A stretch of 64,000 bases of DNA from a virus (IMGVR_UViG_3300027746_000697:1-64000), one strand, 5' to 3'; counted from the first letter of the stretch, positions 37,325-47,448 are shown. Translations and numbers: made by a program. Notes: a model not told the origin generated them from the sequence alone.

Positions 37325-39244
37325 ATGGCTGTGGTACAAATTAGTCGGATTCAGGTTCGACGCGGAAGAATTAATAGTGGCACTGGACTGCCTCAATTGG
37401 CGTCAGGTGAAATGGCATGGGCCATTGATAGTCAAGAACTGTACATTGGAAACGGCGCAGTTAGTGAAGGGGCGCCAGCAGTTGGCAATACCAAGGTTCT
37501 TACTCAAAAAGATCTTGAGACGCAATTCAACATTCTCAACACCATCAAGCACATTTACCATGCTACTGATTCCAGTATAGTCACAGGCCCTACAGCAAAT
37601 AATCCCACCACACGGTTATTACAAGATAAGTTAGATGATTTAGTATCCGCATACGATTTTGGTGTTACAGGCAACGGTGTTGCTGACGACACAGTTGCAC
37701 TACAACGTGCTATCAATCAGTTATTTTTAAACCCCACTACTAAATCTTCAGGCACATCGGTCATTGCCAAACGAACTAGAGTAACATTAGCGTTACAACC
37801 TGGCGTGTACAATATTTCATCCACACTGTATGTTCCTGCATACGCAAGCATAGTTGGTGCTGGCTCAGATAAAACTTTTATATATTACAATCCAGTGTCC
37901 ACAGTTACAGGTGCTACTATCAACGGACAAAATATTTTAACTACCACCGGAGCAACTCTTCGCATGGTTGGAGCACTGATAACAGGCAACGGTATTCCTG
38001 TTGGTGCCAGCATTGTCAGCGTTGTTGCAGGAGTCAGTGTGACCTTGAGTGCAAATGCCACAGTTACACAAACTGCTGTTGCATTTACTGTTACCCTGAC
38101 CAAGTCTGCTGTGGAGTTTGTCAATGACACTTCGACCATTGGCAATCCATCGCTGATAGCAACAACTACCAATACCAACCAACCACGCGGCATACAATTG
38201 GAAGGCATGACTATCCATGCACCAACAGGAAAAAATGGATGCCTAACATTAAACTGTGTTAAAGACAGTAAATTTGTAGATTTAAATTTGCAAGGCGATT
38301 GGGCCGGTGTAGTAAATACCAAAAACATTGGCATTGCATTAAACAGTTTTAGTAGTTTGGTTACTTGTTCTGCTAACTTGTTTAAAGATATTCGATTTGT
38401 AAACTTTACCTACGCAGTATATGCAAAACAAGATATCATTGATAACACTTTTGAAAATTGTTTCTTTGATAACGGTTATCAAAGTTTTGTGTTGGGTGAA
38501 GGAGTCAACCCATCATTGAATATTGTTGGATCGTTGTATGGTCCACGAAATACCAACATTATTAATTGCAGATTTAACAACATTAAAAGACATGCTGTTT
38601 ATTTGGATGTTGGAACAAACAACACCACTAGAAATTGCATATACAAAAACGTAGGCAATGACGGCGGCACTGATAGTTTAAGTGCTGTCTATCCTCAGAT
38701 ATACTTTGCCACGCATGGTAACGCAAGTGTTAGTGATATATCAGATAGACATGGAGAGATGGCAACTTCATTAAATTTAACAGTAAAATATGTGCCTGAG
38801 TATGCTGGGCATGGTTCATATACTCCACAAACTTTTAAACGAATAACTTTGGGTTATAGAACCACTGCTGATTTGGCATTTAGATTGCCGTGTTCAACTG
38901 ATTCGTTTGGTGTTCCTGTAGAAAGTATTTTACATCACATTGATTATTTTTACAAAAGCACAGCACAAAACTTTACTAGACAAGGCACTATAAAAATTGT
39001 AGCAGACATTATCAATGCAAAAATTCAATTGAGCGACGAATACAATTTTGCAGGTACTGATCCATCCGGTAGTAACCAAATGTTGCTAGATTTTACTGCC
39101 AAATTTCTTGATGCCACAGGCGCAGTGTATACTGGTGCGGCAGGGCAAGTTCCATCGTCTATTGGAATTTATTACACCAATCTTGCTTGGGGAAGCCAAA
39201 CTGATCAAGGTTACTTTAACTACTCATATTCAAGTATTTTATAA
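37325..39244 (+). CDS. virion structural protein: Mtd_N-like N-terminus plus pectin-lyase-like beta-helix
   Basis: IQVRRG..LASGEMAW..LYIGNG; DFGVTGNGVADDT.ALQRAI. Confidence 0.75.
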   Translation: MAVVQISRIQVRRGRINSGTGLPQLASGEMAWAIDSQELYIGNGAVSEGAPAVGNTKVLTQKDLETQFNILNTIKHIYHATDSSIVTGPTANNPTTRLLQDKLDDLVSAYDFGVTGNGVADDTVALQRAINQLFLNPTTKSSGTSVIAKRTRVTLALQPGVYNISSTLYVPAYASIVGAGSDKTFIYYNPVSTVTGATINGQNILTTTGATLRMVGALITGNGIPVGASIVSVVAGVSVTLSANATVTQTAVAFTVTLTKSAVEFVNDTSTIGNPSLIATTTNTNQPRGIQLEGMTIHAPTGKNGCLTLNCVKDSKFVDLNLQGDWAGVVNTKNIGIALNSFSSLVTCSANLFKDIRFVNFTYAVYAKQDIIDNTFENCFFDNGYQSFVLGEGVNPSLNIVGSLYGPRNTNIINCRFNNIKRHAVYLDVGTNNTTRNCIYKNVGNDGGTDSLSAVYPQIYFATHGNASVSDISDRHGEMATSLNLTVKYVPEYAGHGSYTPQTFKRITLGYRTTADLAFRLPCSTDSFGVPVESILHHIDYFYKSTAQNFTRQGTIKIVADIINAKIQLSDEYNFAGTDPSGSNQMLLDFTAKFLDATGAVYTGAAGQVPSSIGIYYTNLAWGSQTDQGYFNYSYSSIL

Positions 39245-39267
39245 ACCAAATATTTCCACCGTTGGGC

Positions 39268-39296
39268 TAGACAAGTTTAAAAAATGCGTATATAAT
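39268..39296 (+). promoter_or_regulatory. sigma70 promoter upstream of nrdA
   Basis: TAGACA-17-TATAAT. Confidence 0.6.
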
Positions 39297-39462
39297 TTAG
39301 TTTACGCTAATGATAAGGACTTTGCTAGCCCATCATCGTTTTGTTAACACCGCAAAACCCGCATAAATTGGTGTTTATGAAGAAGAATATTTGAACGCGA
39401 TTTTGCCACTAAATACTTCCTCATAAGGTTAATTACAAGATGAATGGTAGGTTTCGACAACA

Positions 39463-41808
39463 ATGAATAAAATTACAGTAATAAAAAGAAACGGTGATAG
39501 AGAACCGTTAACAATTGAAAAATGGCAAGCCCAAGTAGCAAAGGTCTGTAAGAGCATAGCTGACGTTAGTCAGAGTATGATAGAAATCAAAGCACAACCT
39601 CACTTTTATGATGGCATCACCACAGAAGAAATTGACGGTATCACGCTTAGAGCAATTGTGGATCTTATTGACGTGGAAAACAATCCAGACGTTGGACATG
39701 TTAATTATCAATATGTCGCAGGCAAACAGCGACTCAGCATGTTGCGTAAAGATGTTTACGGTAGCTACGCAGTTCCAGAACTTTTTGGTATTGTGCAACG
39801 TAATGTGGCAACTGGATTATACACAAGTGAATTACTTGAATGGTACAGTGAAGAAGATTGGAATCGAATGGACGAAATGCTGGATCACGAAAAAGATGAA
39901 CAGTATTCATATGCGGCCATTGAACAGTTGATTGAAAAGTATCTAGTAAAGAATCGTAGTACTAAACAAACTTACGAAACTCCACAAATTAGATATATGA
40001 TTGCAGCCGCAACAATCTTTCATAAAGAAGAGCCAAACAGTGCTCGAATGAAATATATCAAGGAGTATTATAATGCCGCAAGTGACGGACTATTTACGTT
40101 GGCCACGCCAGTGTTGGCAGGGCTTGGTACGCCTACTAAGCAATTTAGTAGTTGTGTGCTTATTCGCTCGGATGATGATTTGGACAGTATTTTCGCGTCA
40201 GGCGAAATGATGGCCAAGTATGCCAGCAAACGTGCTGGCATTGGTTTAGAGATTGGACGTTTACGCCCATTAGGCAGTCCCATCAGAGGTGGTGAGATTA
40301 TGCACACAGGTATGATACCGTTCCTGAAAAAATGGTTCGGAGATTTGCGTTCATGTTCACAAGGAGGTATCCGCAATGCTAGTGCTACTGTATTCTATCC
40401 TATTTGGCATCTTCAGTTTGATGATCTTATTGTGCTTAAGAACAACCAAGGAACAGAAGAAACCCGAGTCCGTCATATGGATTATGGGGTTGTGCTTAGT
40501 GCTTTCTTCTGGAGACGATTTAAAAACAAAGAACAAATAACATTCTTTGATCCCAACGAAGTTCCAGACTTGTATGAAGCATTTTATAAAAACACTGAGT
40601 TGTTCGAAGAGCTGTATGTCAAGTATGAAAAACAAAAAGGTCTTCGTAAGAAGACCATGAGTGCTGAAGAAGTATTCAAGAGTGGCATACTGAAAGAGCG
40701 TACTGATACTGGTCGTATCTATCTAGTGTTTATTGACAATGTACAGAACCAAGGACCATTTGATCCCGAGTATCATACAATTTACCAGAGTAACCTATGC
40801 TGTGAAATACTATTACCTACTAAGTCTTTTAAGCGTCTCGATGATGCTGATGGTCGCATCGCTTTATGCACTCTTGGTTCTATCAACTGGGGAGCCTTCC
40901 GTAACCCAGAAGACATGCGCCGGGCTTGTCGCATTTTGCAACGTAGTCTGTGCAACATACTTGATTACCAAGACTTCCTAAGCATACAAAGCAAACTAAG
41001 CAATGATGAAATCCAACCATTGGGCATTGGTGTCACTAACTTGGCCTACTGGCACGCCAAGCGTGGGCACAAGTATGGCGAGAAAGATGCACTACAAGAT
41101 GTCAAAGCATGGATGGAGCATCAAGCATTTTATCTAACAGAAGCCACAGTTGAACTGGCTCGAGAACGTGGCCCTTGTACTACCAGTCAACACACACGTT
41201 ACGGTCAAGGCATATTCCCCTGGGAATTACGAGCAAAGGGTGTTAATGACTTAGCAGACTTTACTCCAGAACTTGATTGGGAAACATTACGTACTAATAT
41301 GAAACAGTACGGTGTTCGCAATGCCACACTAATGGCCATTGCCCCAGTCGAAAGCTCAAGTGTTGTTATAAACAGCACTAATGGAATTGAGTTGCCCATG
41401 AGCTTGATCTCAGTTAAAGAAAGCAAAGCAGGATCATTTGTACAAGTTGTTCCTGAATACCATAAACTTAAAAACAAATATCAACTCATGTGGGATCAAA
41501 AAGACTGTGATGGCTACTTAAAAACCAGTGCAGTACTTGCGGCTTATGTTGATCAAAGCATCAGCACCAATACGTTTTATAATCCAGCACACTTTGCAGA
41601 TCGTAAAGTACCAACCACACTGATTGCCAAAAACTTGATGCAGGCACACATGTGGGGATTGAAAACATTCTACTACAGTTTGATCAACAAGCAAGGCAGT
41701 AAACAAGTTGCTGAGATTGCTCCTGAACAAACACAAGTAAACGGAGTTCAAGTGAATGGCTATCACTTTGATGAACTTGAGGACGACTGTGAGGCATGCA
41801 AACTATGA
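39463..41808 (+). CDS. nrdA: ribonucleotide reductase class Ia alpha subunit
   Basis: ATP cone VIKRNG, QFSSC, CSQGG.R, SNLCCEI, C-terminal CEAC. Confidence 0.97.
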   Translation: MNKITVIKRNGDREPLTIEKWQAQVAKVCKSIADVSQSMIEIKAQPHFYDGITTEEIDGITLRAIVDLIDVENNPDVGHVNYQYVAGKQRLSMLRKDVYGSYAVPELFGIVQRNVATGLYTSELLEWYSEEDWNRMDEMLDHEKDEQYSYAAIEQLIEKYLVKNRSTKQTYETPQIRYMIAAATIFHKEEPNSARMKYIKEYYNAASDGLFTLATPVLAGLGTPTKQFSSCVLIRSDDDLDSIFASGEMMAKYASKRAGIGLEIGRLRPLGSPIRGGEIMHTGMIPFLKKWFGDLRSCSQGGIRNASATVFYPIWHLQFDDLIVLKNNQGTEETRVRHMDYGVVLSAFFWRRFKNKEQITFFDPNEVPDLYEAFYKNTELFEELYVKYEKQKGLRKKTMSAEEVFKSGILKERTDTGRIYLVFIDNVQNQGPFDPEYHTIYQSNLCCEILLPTKSFKRLDDADGRIALCTLGSINWGAFRNPEDMRRACRILQRSLCNILDYQDFLSIQSKLSNDEIQPLGIGVTNLAYWHAKRGHKYGEKDALQDVKAWMEHQAFYLTEATVELARERGPCTTSQHTRYGQGIFPWELRAKGVNDLADFTPELDWETLRTNMKQYGVRNATLMAIAPVESSSVVINSTNGIELPMSLISVKESKAGSFVQVVPEYHKLKNKYQLMWDQKDCDGYLKTSAVLAAYVDQSISTNTFYNPAHFADRKVPTTLIAKNLMQAHMWGLKTFYYSLINKQGSKQVAEIAPEQTQVNGVQVNGYHFDELEDDCEACKL

Positions 41809-42905
41809 GTAAAGCACAATACAATTTAAACACCAAGACAGACTATCTTAATCGCAAGATGTTTTTGGACCCAGCTGGTCCTGTAACTATTCAACGATTT
41901 GAAGAAGTCAAATACAAAAAGATTGCAGACTTTGAAGCCACAGCACGTGGTTTCTTTTGGCAACCAGAAGAGATCAGTCTTACTAAAGATTCAAATGATT
42001 TCAAAGATGCCAGCGAAGCAATCAAACATATCTTTACCAGCAACCTGCTACGTCAAACAGCATTGGACAGCTTGCAAGGTCGCGGCCCAAGTCAAATCTT
42101 TATGCCAGTAATCAGTTTGCCTGAACTAGAAGCATTGGTGTACAACTGGACATTCTTTGAAACCAACATTCATTCAAAAAGCTACAGCCATATCATTCGC
42201 AATATTTATAATGTGCCCAAAGATGTGTTCAACACCATCCATGACACACAAGAAATTGTTGACATGGCCAGTTCAGTGGGCGACTACTACGAAGCACTAC
42301 ATGTGGTCAACTGCCGTAAACAGCTAGGCGAGGCAGTTACTGAAAAAGAACATATCCGAGCAATCTACATGGCACTACATGCCAGTTATGCGTTGGAAGC
42401 ATTCCGCTTTATGGTTAGCTTTGCTACCAGCTTGGCCATGGTAGAGAACAAAATCTTCATTGGCAACGGCAACATTATCAGTTTGATTCTGCAAGACGAA
42501 CTGCTACACAAAGGCTGGACAGCTTATTTGATCAATCAAGTAGTCAAAGAGGACACTAGGTTTGCCGAAATCAAAGCAGAATGCGAACAAGAAGTGTATA
42601 ATTTGTACATGGATGTTATACGCGAAGAAAAAGAGTGGGCCACTTACTTGTTTAAAATGGGGCCGGTGATTGGACTCAACGCAAATATCTTACGCGACTT
42701 TGTGGACTACACCGCGGTGGATGCTCTTAAACAGATTGGTATCAAGTACAACAACCCAGCACCAAAGTCAACTCCAATACCGTGGTTCAACAAGCATACA
42801 GATACCAGTAAGAAACAAACAGCACTACAGGAAAGCGAAAGCACAAACTACGTTATCGGAGTAATGAGTGAAGCATTAGACTACGATGACTTGCCAGCAT
42901 TATAA
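41805..42905 (+). CDS. nrdB: ribonucleotide reductase class Ia beta subunit
   Basis: FFWQPEE, ETNIHSKSY, DELLH, QESESTNY. Confidence 0.97.
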   Translation: MSKAQYNLNTKTDYLNRKMFLDPAGPVTIQRFEEVKYKKIADFEATARGFFWQPEEISLTKDSNDFKDASEAIKHIFTSNLLRQTALDSLQGRGPSQIFMPVISLPELEALVYNWTFFETNIHSKSYSHIIRNIYNVPKDVFNTIHDTQEIVDMASSVGDYYEALHVVNCRKQLGEAVTEKEHIRAIYMALHASYALEAFRFMVSFATSLAMVENKIFIGNGNIISLILQDELLHKGWTAYLINQVVKEDTRFAEIKAECEQEVYNLYMDVIREEKEWATYLFKMGPVIGLNANILRDFVDYTAVDALKQIGIKYNNPAPKSTPIPWFNKHTDTSKKQTALQESESTNYVIGVMSEALDYDDLPAL

Positions 42906-42913
42906 GAGAAAAG

Positions 42914-43156
42914 ATGATCACAGTATATTCAAAGAACAACTGTCCGTTTTGTGACAGAGCAAAAGCACTATTAGAAAGTAAATCAATTCCATTCAAAGTA
43001 ATTAAAATGGAAGATGAACCGGACGCTCGTGGATTCCTAATGGATCAAGGTTTGCGTTCAGTTCCACAAATTTTCAAGGACGGCGTTCTCCTTCCTGGCG
43101 GCTATCAAGGCCTTGCAGGTAAAGACGAAGAATTTTTCAACACACTCAAAGGGTAA
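42914..43156 (+). CDS. glutaredoxin
   Basis: CPFC, SVPQIF, GGY. Confidence 0.92.
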   Translation: MITVYSKNNCPFCDRAKALLESKSIPFKVIKMEDEPDARGFLMDQGLRSVPQIFKDGVLLPGGYQGLAGKDEEFFNTLKG

Positions 43157-43158
43157 AC

Positions 43159-43449
43159 ATGTTAATCAATAAAGGTATCGCAACGGGCGAAGTAGTTACA
43201 ATCAAAACAACAGCAGGCGAAGAAATTGTTGCCAAACTGGTGGACGAAAATGTAATGGGTGTTACAGTAAATAAACCATTAGTTCTAACAGCAGGACAAA
43301 AGGGCATTGCACTTGTGCCATTTTTGTTCACAGTTGAAATGGATACAAACGTCACTATTTCACGTGCAACTATTATGGTACTAGCACCAACTGCAAAAGA
43401 TGCTTCGGATCAGTATATTCAAAATACCACCGGCATTGCTTTGAAATAA
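43159..43449 (+). CDS. Sm-like fold phage protein (putative)
   Basis: VVTIKTTAGEEIVAKL..YIQNTTGI. Confidence 0.55.
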   Translation: MLINKGIATGEVVTIKTTAGEEIVAKLVDENVMGVTVNKPLVLTAGQKGIALVPFLFTVEMDTNVTISRATIMVLAPTAKDASDQYIQNTTGIALK

Positions 43450-43457
43450 ATATAAAC

Positions 43458-44450
43458 ATGCCAGCTGTAGCCCGCCAAGGAGACCCAACAACAACCGGAC
43501 ATGGTTGTGATGGAACCACGACCGTAACTGGACCAACTGGCGCAGTAGCCAAAGTCTATGCTAACGATATTGCTGTAGAATGTAAAGGCAATCCAACTGC
43601 CGCACATACTATCAAATCTGGTAATAACTGTGTTCCTCATGGAGCTGTGATCAATGTCGGGTCTGGCAATGTGTTTGTTGGTGAGGTTCCGGTTGCCCGA
43701 GTAGGGGACAGTACAGACGGCGGTAAAATTACGGCTGGTTCAGGCACTGTGTTTATCAACGGAGAAGGCGGCGCCTTTGGCGGCGGCGTTGGTATTGACG
43801 GTGGTACCGGCAACGTGGCAATTGGACCTGGAGGCGGTGGCACAGTTCCAAGAGACCCAGGCTGGGATTATGCGGCACATTCGTTTTTTGAAAACAATCG
43901 TCATGATTATCAATACTTTGCCGCGGAGTATGCCGGAATGGACTATTTGCCTAAGACCGGCAACGCGGCTTTACCGCTTGATACTCGAAGAGAGTTGTTA
44001 CGAGATTATGCAATAAACGTATTAGGTTGGGCCCCAGATGCAGTTATCCCAACGGGCCCTGATGGAGAAGTATCTTTTACGGACCCTAATTATCATCCTC
44101 CAGTAAAATTACAAGATTATATTAATACAGTTGCAACAGAAAAAGGTTATCTCGATAGTCAAGGAAAAAGTACCTTGCCATTAGACTACCAACAAGCGAT
44201 AGATCAGGCACAATTGGCATCTCTTGCTCCATACATTCAAGCACAATTAGCAAGAGTGAATAATGGCGAGCAAACTTTGGTAAATCCCAGTATTCCGCCA
44301 ATAGAGGAAATCGCTGCCGCGGCCGCGGCCGCTGTTGCTAATAGTGCAAGTAATCCTTATAGAAATGAACCAAATCTGATTGGCGGACCAGTACAGGATC
44401 CTGCACCTGCACCTGCAACACCTGAGCCAGAATGGTTTACAAATAATTGA
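43458..44450 (+). CDS. PAAR spike-tip protein with ~230-aa C-terminal extension
   Basis: MPAVARQGD..GHGC, PH, PVARVGD, GSGTVF, then a Gly linker. Confidence 0.85.
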   Translation: MPAVARQGDPTTTGHGCDGTTTVTGPTGAVAKVYANDIAVECKGNPTAAHTIKSGNNCVPHGAVINVGSGNVFVGEVPVARVGDSTDGGKITAGSGTVFINGEGGAFGGGVGIDGGTGNVAIGPGGGGTVPRDPGWDYAAHSFFENNRHDYQYFAAEYAGMDYLPKTGNAALPLDTRRELLRDYAINVLGWAPDAVIPTGPDGEVSFTDPNYHPPVKLQDYINTVATEKGYLDSQGKSTLPLDYQQAIDQAQLASLAPYIQAQLARVNNGEQTLVNPSIPPIEEIAAAAAAAVANSASNPYRNEPNLIGGPVQDPAPAPATPEPEWFTNN

Positions 44451-44475
44451 CATTTATTTTTAAGCCCTGTATACT
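44447..44475 (+). promoter_or_regulatory. sigma70 promoter
   Basis: TTGACA-17-TATACT. Confidence 0.75.
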
Positions 44476-44516
44476 AGGTATAAGTACTCTGTACTTCATA
44501 TAAAGGATTATTAAAA

Positions 44517-44711
44517 ATGGCTACAAATAAACACGCAGAATTTACAGCAATCGTAGAAGCAATGGAAGCAGACTTTGAAAAGTTTTATGACAAGGAAGTT
44601 GGCGCCGCAGGTACCCGTGTACGTAAACATTGTCAAGATCTTGCCAAATTGTGCAAAGAAACACGTAATGATGTAACAGCAGTTAAAAACGCACGAAAAG
44701 AAGTAAAATAA
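44517..44711 (+). CDS. histone H1-like (Hc1-type) small DNA-binding protein
   Basis: DFEKFY.K.V.AAGTRVRK...L.KLCKE.R. Confidence 0.7.
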   Translation: MATNKHAEFTAIVEAMEADFEKFYDKEVGAAGTRVRKHCQDLAKLCKETRNDVTAVKNARKEVK

Positions 44712-44749
44712 TCCACTAAATACTGTACACTTTTATTAGGAGGTGTATT

Positions 44750-44869
44750 ATGTTAGAAACTTTATTTTGGTTAGCACTTGGTGCTTTCATTGGTTGGAAT
44801 TTTCCTCAGCCTGGTTTTGCTAAGAACATTCAAGCAAAAGTAATGGGCATGTTTAAAAAGGCAGAGTAA
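44750..44869 (+). CDS. 39-aa membrane peptide (not in ORF track)
   Basis: AGGAGG SD; MLETLFWLALGAFIGWNFPQP. Confidence 0.7.
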   Translation: MLETLFWLALGAFIGWNFPQPGFAKNIQAKVMGMFKKAE

Positions 44870-44917
44870 ACGAAACTAACGCCTTAGGCGTTATATTAGT
44901 ATACTAGGAAACATACT

Positions 44918-45226
44918 ATGAAAAAACTATTAGCGATCTTATTAATGACTATTAGCGTTACGGCGATGGCACAACATCACGGACACTATGGTCATCATAA
45001 CAACTATTACAGAGGTGGTAACGGGTGGGGGTGGGTAGCACCAGCAGTTATTGGGGGTGTTGTAGTTTACGGAATGACTCGTCCACAGATTGTTCAACAA
45101 CCTCCTGTAATAGTACAACAACCAAATCAAATAATTGTACCTTATGCGGCTCCTCAAGGATTTCATTGGGAACAAATTTTAGATGCTAATTGTAACTGCT
45201 ATAGATTAGTATTGGTACAAGGATAA
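44918..45226 (+). CDS. small secreted His/Gly/Pro-rich protein
   Basis: signal peptide; GWVAPAVIGG. Confidence 0.75.
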   Translation: MKKLLAILLMTISVTAMAQHHGHYGHHNNYYRGGNGWGWVAPAVIGGVVVYGMTRPQIVQQPPVIVQQPNQIIVPYAAPQGFHWEQILDANCNCYRLVLVQG

Positions 45227-45227
45227 T

Positions 45228-45614
45228 ATGGCATATTCAGACAAAGTAATAGATCATTATGAGAATCCACGTAATGTAGGATCGTTTGATAAAAACGATC
45301 CTACCGTGGGCACTGGCATGGTAGGAGCTCCGGCATGCGGTGATGTAATGAAACTACAAATAAAAGTAGACGAAACTGGTATTATTACCGATGCCAAATT
45401 TAAAACATATGGCTGTGGATCGGCAATTGCCAGCAGTTCTCTTGTTACCGAAATGATCAAAGGCATGACTCTTGAACAGGCTGGTAGCATTAAGAACAGC
45501 GAGATTGCAACAGAACTTGCTCTTCCTCCGGTCAAAATACATTGTAGTATATTGGCCGAAGATGCCATAAAAGCGGCCGTACATGATTATCGTAACCGAC
45601 ACAGCACAAACTAA
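45228..45614 (+). CDS. iscU: Fe-S cluster scaffold IscU
   Basis: GAPACGD, GCGSAIASSS, LPPVKIHCS. Confidence 0.95.
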   Translation: MAYSDKVIDHYENPRNVGSFDKNDPTVGTGMVGAPACGDVMKLQIKVDETGIITDAKFKTYGCGSAIASSSLVTEMIKGMTLEQAGSIKNSEIATELALPPVKIHCSILAEDAIKAAVHDYRNRHSTN

Positions 45615-45909
45615 AATCAAAAAGAATTTAGAAAAACGTGGCAAGGGCGTGGGTATTCGTATCGGCGTTCGAACTACAGGGTGCAGTGGATTGGCCTACA
45701 CTATGGAATACGTGGACGAATACACTGCCGAAGTTGGTGTAACCAATTTTGGCCATCCAGACTTTGTGTTATTAGTAGATGCCAAAAGTCTAGCCTACTT
45801 AAACGGCTTAACAATGGATTGGGTTCGCAACGGACTCAATGAAGGTTTTGATTTTATCAATCCCAACGAACGAGATCGTTGCGGATGCGGTGAATCATTT
45901 CGAGTATAA
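45583..45909 (+). CDS. iscA: A-type Fe-S carrier IscA
   Basis: TGCSG.AY, CGCGESF. Confidence 0.93.
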   Translation: MIIVTDTAQTKIKKNLEKRGKGVGIRIGVRTTGCSGLAYTMEYVDEYTAEVGVTNFGHPDFVLLVDAKSLAYLNGLTMDWVRNGLNEGFDFINPNERDRCGCGESFRV

Positions 45910-45915
45910 CAATCC

Positions 45916-45944
45916 TTGACTTAGTCAAATTTTATTAGTATAAT
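45916..45944 (+). promoter_or_regulatory. sigma70 promoter with a palindrome over the -35 element
   Basis: TTGACT-17-TATAAT; TTGACT-T-AGTCAA inverted repeat. Confidence 0.75.
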
Positions 45945-45975
45945 ACTAGTACTGTTATTACTTTTGGAGATTATT

Positions 45976-46365
45976 TTGAGTATGCATTTAGAAGGTCCGT
46001 GGCTCAGTACCACCGGCAAAAAGAAAGGCAAAAAGAAATTCGCTTCGGCAAAACATGCTAGAAAAGCACGTGAGCAAGAAGAAAGTTGGAAAGAACTACA
46101 AAAACGATGGGCCATAGAAGCTGAGGATAAAAAACGTAAACGAGCATTGTCAAGTGAGATTTACAAGTCACCTAAACTTACATATCGCGGATCAGATGCT
46201 CCCCGTATTCCCAGTAGAGATTCTGGTAGTGGTGTAGCTACATTGGCTCCAGCCAAGGTTTATACAGGAACTATGGTGAAAGGCATTGCCACCATGCATA
46301 AGAGCAACGCAGTACCGGTGTTCAGTGATGAACAAGCAGTTGACATATCTCGTATGAGACGTTAA
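45976..46365 (+). CDS. basic hypothetical phage protein
   Basis: YTG..VKGIATMHKSNAVPVF. Confidence 0.75.
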   Translation: MSMHLEGPWLSTTGKKKGKKKFASAKHARKAREQEESWKELQKRWAIEAEDKKRKRALSSEIYKSPKLTYRGSDAPRIPSRDSGSGVATLAPAKVYTGTMVKGIATMHKSNAVPVFSDEQAVDISRMRR

Positions 46366-46534
46366 ACTATAAACTTAGTATTTTAACCTTGTACACAGAT
46401 GATAATTACATATTACCCTGATAGGTTTTGGGGTAATAAAGCAGTAGGCTTTTAACGCACAAGGAGATGTATCGAAGCCATTTGTTAAATGACGGGACCA
46501 GCAATTCCGTGATCCAGCGTAAAGGAGAAAGAAA

Positions 46535-47065
46535 ATGATACGCATCATAAAAGCAGTAGTATTTTTACTAGCAATAACGCTAGTGATATTCGCAGGGTAT
46601 AGAGCAGTTAATTATAAATTTGATACCCTTAAAACGGCCCGTGAACAAGCGAGCCCAGTTACAGCACAATTAAGACAAAAACAATTAGATTGTCTTGCTC
46701 GTAACATATACCATGAAGCCGGCTACGAGTCCTTTGAAGGCAAAGTAGCGGTTGCACAAGTTACAATCAACAGAGCAGAAAGCGGTCAATTTCCGTCTGA
46801 CATCTGCCAAGTTGTATATCAAAAGAATGTAGTGTACGAAAAAGTGCTTTGCCAGTTCAGCTGGTATTGTGAAGGCCCTAGTGCTAAAAAGCCTATGAAT
46901 GGTCCAGTGTATACAGAAAGTATGGAAGTAGCCAAAAAAGTATTACTTGAAGGATTTAGACTGCCTTCAATTAAACATGCACTTTACTTCCATGGCGATT
47001 ACATCAACCCTAAATGGGGTAAACAACCTGTGGCGAAAATTGGCCGACACATTTTTTATAATTGA
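46535..47065 (+). CDS. SleB-like cell wall hydrolase (Hydrolase_2), membrane-anchored
   Basis: CLARNIYHEA..E..GK.AVAQV..NR, CQFSW, IGRHIFY. Confidence 0.9.
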   Translation: MIRIIKAVVFLLAITLVIFAGYRAVNYKFDTLKTAREQASPVTAQLRQKQLDCLARNIYHEAGYESFEGKVAVAQVTINRAESGQFPSDICQVVYQKNVVYEKVLCQFSWYCEGPSAKKPMNGPVYTESMEVAKKVLLEGFRLPSIKHALYFHGDYINPKWGKQPVAKIGRHIFYN

Positions 47066-47073
47066 GGACTAGT

Positions 47074-47415
47074 ATGAACATGAACATTGAAAAATTCAAA
47101 GCAGAACTACATAACTTTTTTGACCTTAATCTATTGGTTAAGAATATCAAAGAACATGCACCCAACATTTCAGCAGAAACTATGGGCTGGATTGCAGTAG
47201 TGCTGATGCATCTTGCTACAATTCCAACATTGTTGGCAGTGTTAACGGGACTAACTGAGAAAATGCCTCCAGTGGATTTGGTATTGTTTGCATGGAGCGG
47301 ATTATTTTGCTTTTTTGTCAAAGCCACTATCCAAAAAGATGTGTTAAACATTGTTACAATTGGGTTTGGATTCTTTGTTCAAGCCGCTCTTTTAGCCTTA
47401 ATAGTGTTCAAGTAA
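47074..47415 (+). CDS. membrane protein
   Basis: three hydrophobic helices. Confidence 0.7.
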   Translation: MNMNIEKFKAELHNFFDLNLLVKNIKEHAPNISAETMGWIAVVLMHLATIPTLLAVLTGLTEKMPPVDLVLFAWSGLFCFFVKATIQKDVLNIVTIGFGFFVQAALLALIVFK

Positions 47416-47448
47416 CGATAAATATTAGATAATTAAGGAGCACCTAAA

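Noticed and set aside
37325-39244. Diversity-generating retroelement target (Mtd_N-like start)
   Set aside because: No reverse transcriptase or template/variable repeat pair was seen in the window.
39463-42905. Intron or intein in nrdA/nrdB
   Set aside because: Both ORFs are continuous and of normal class Ia length.
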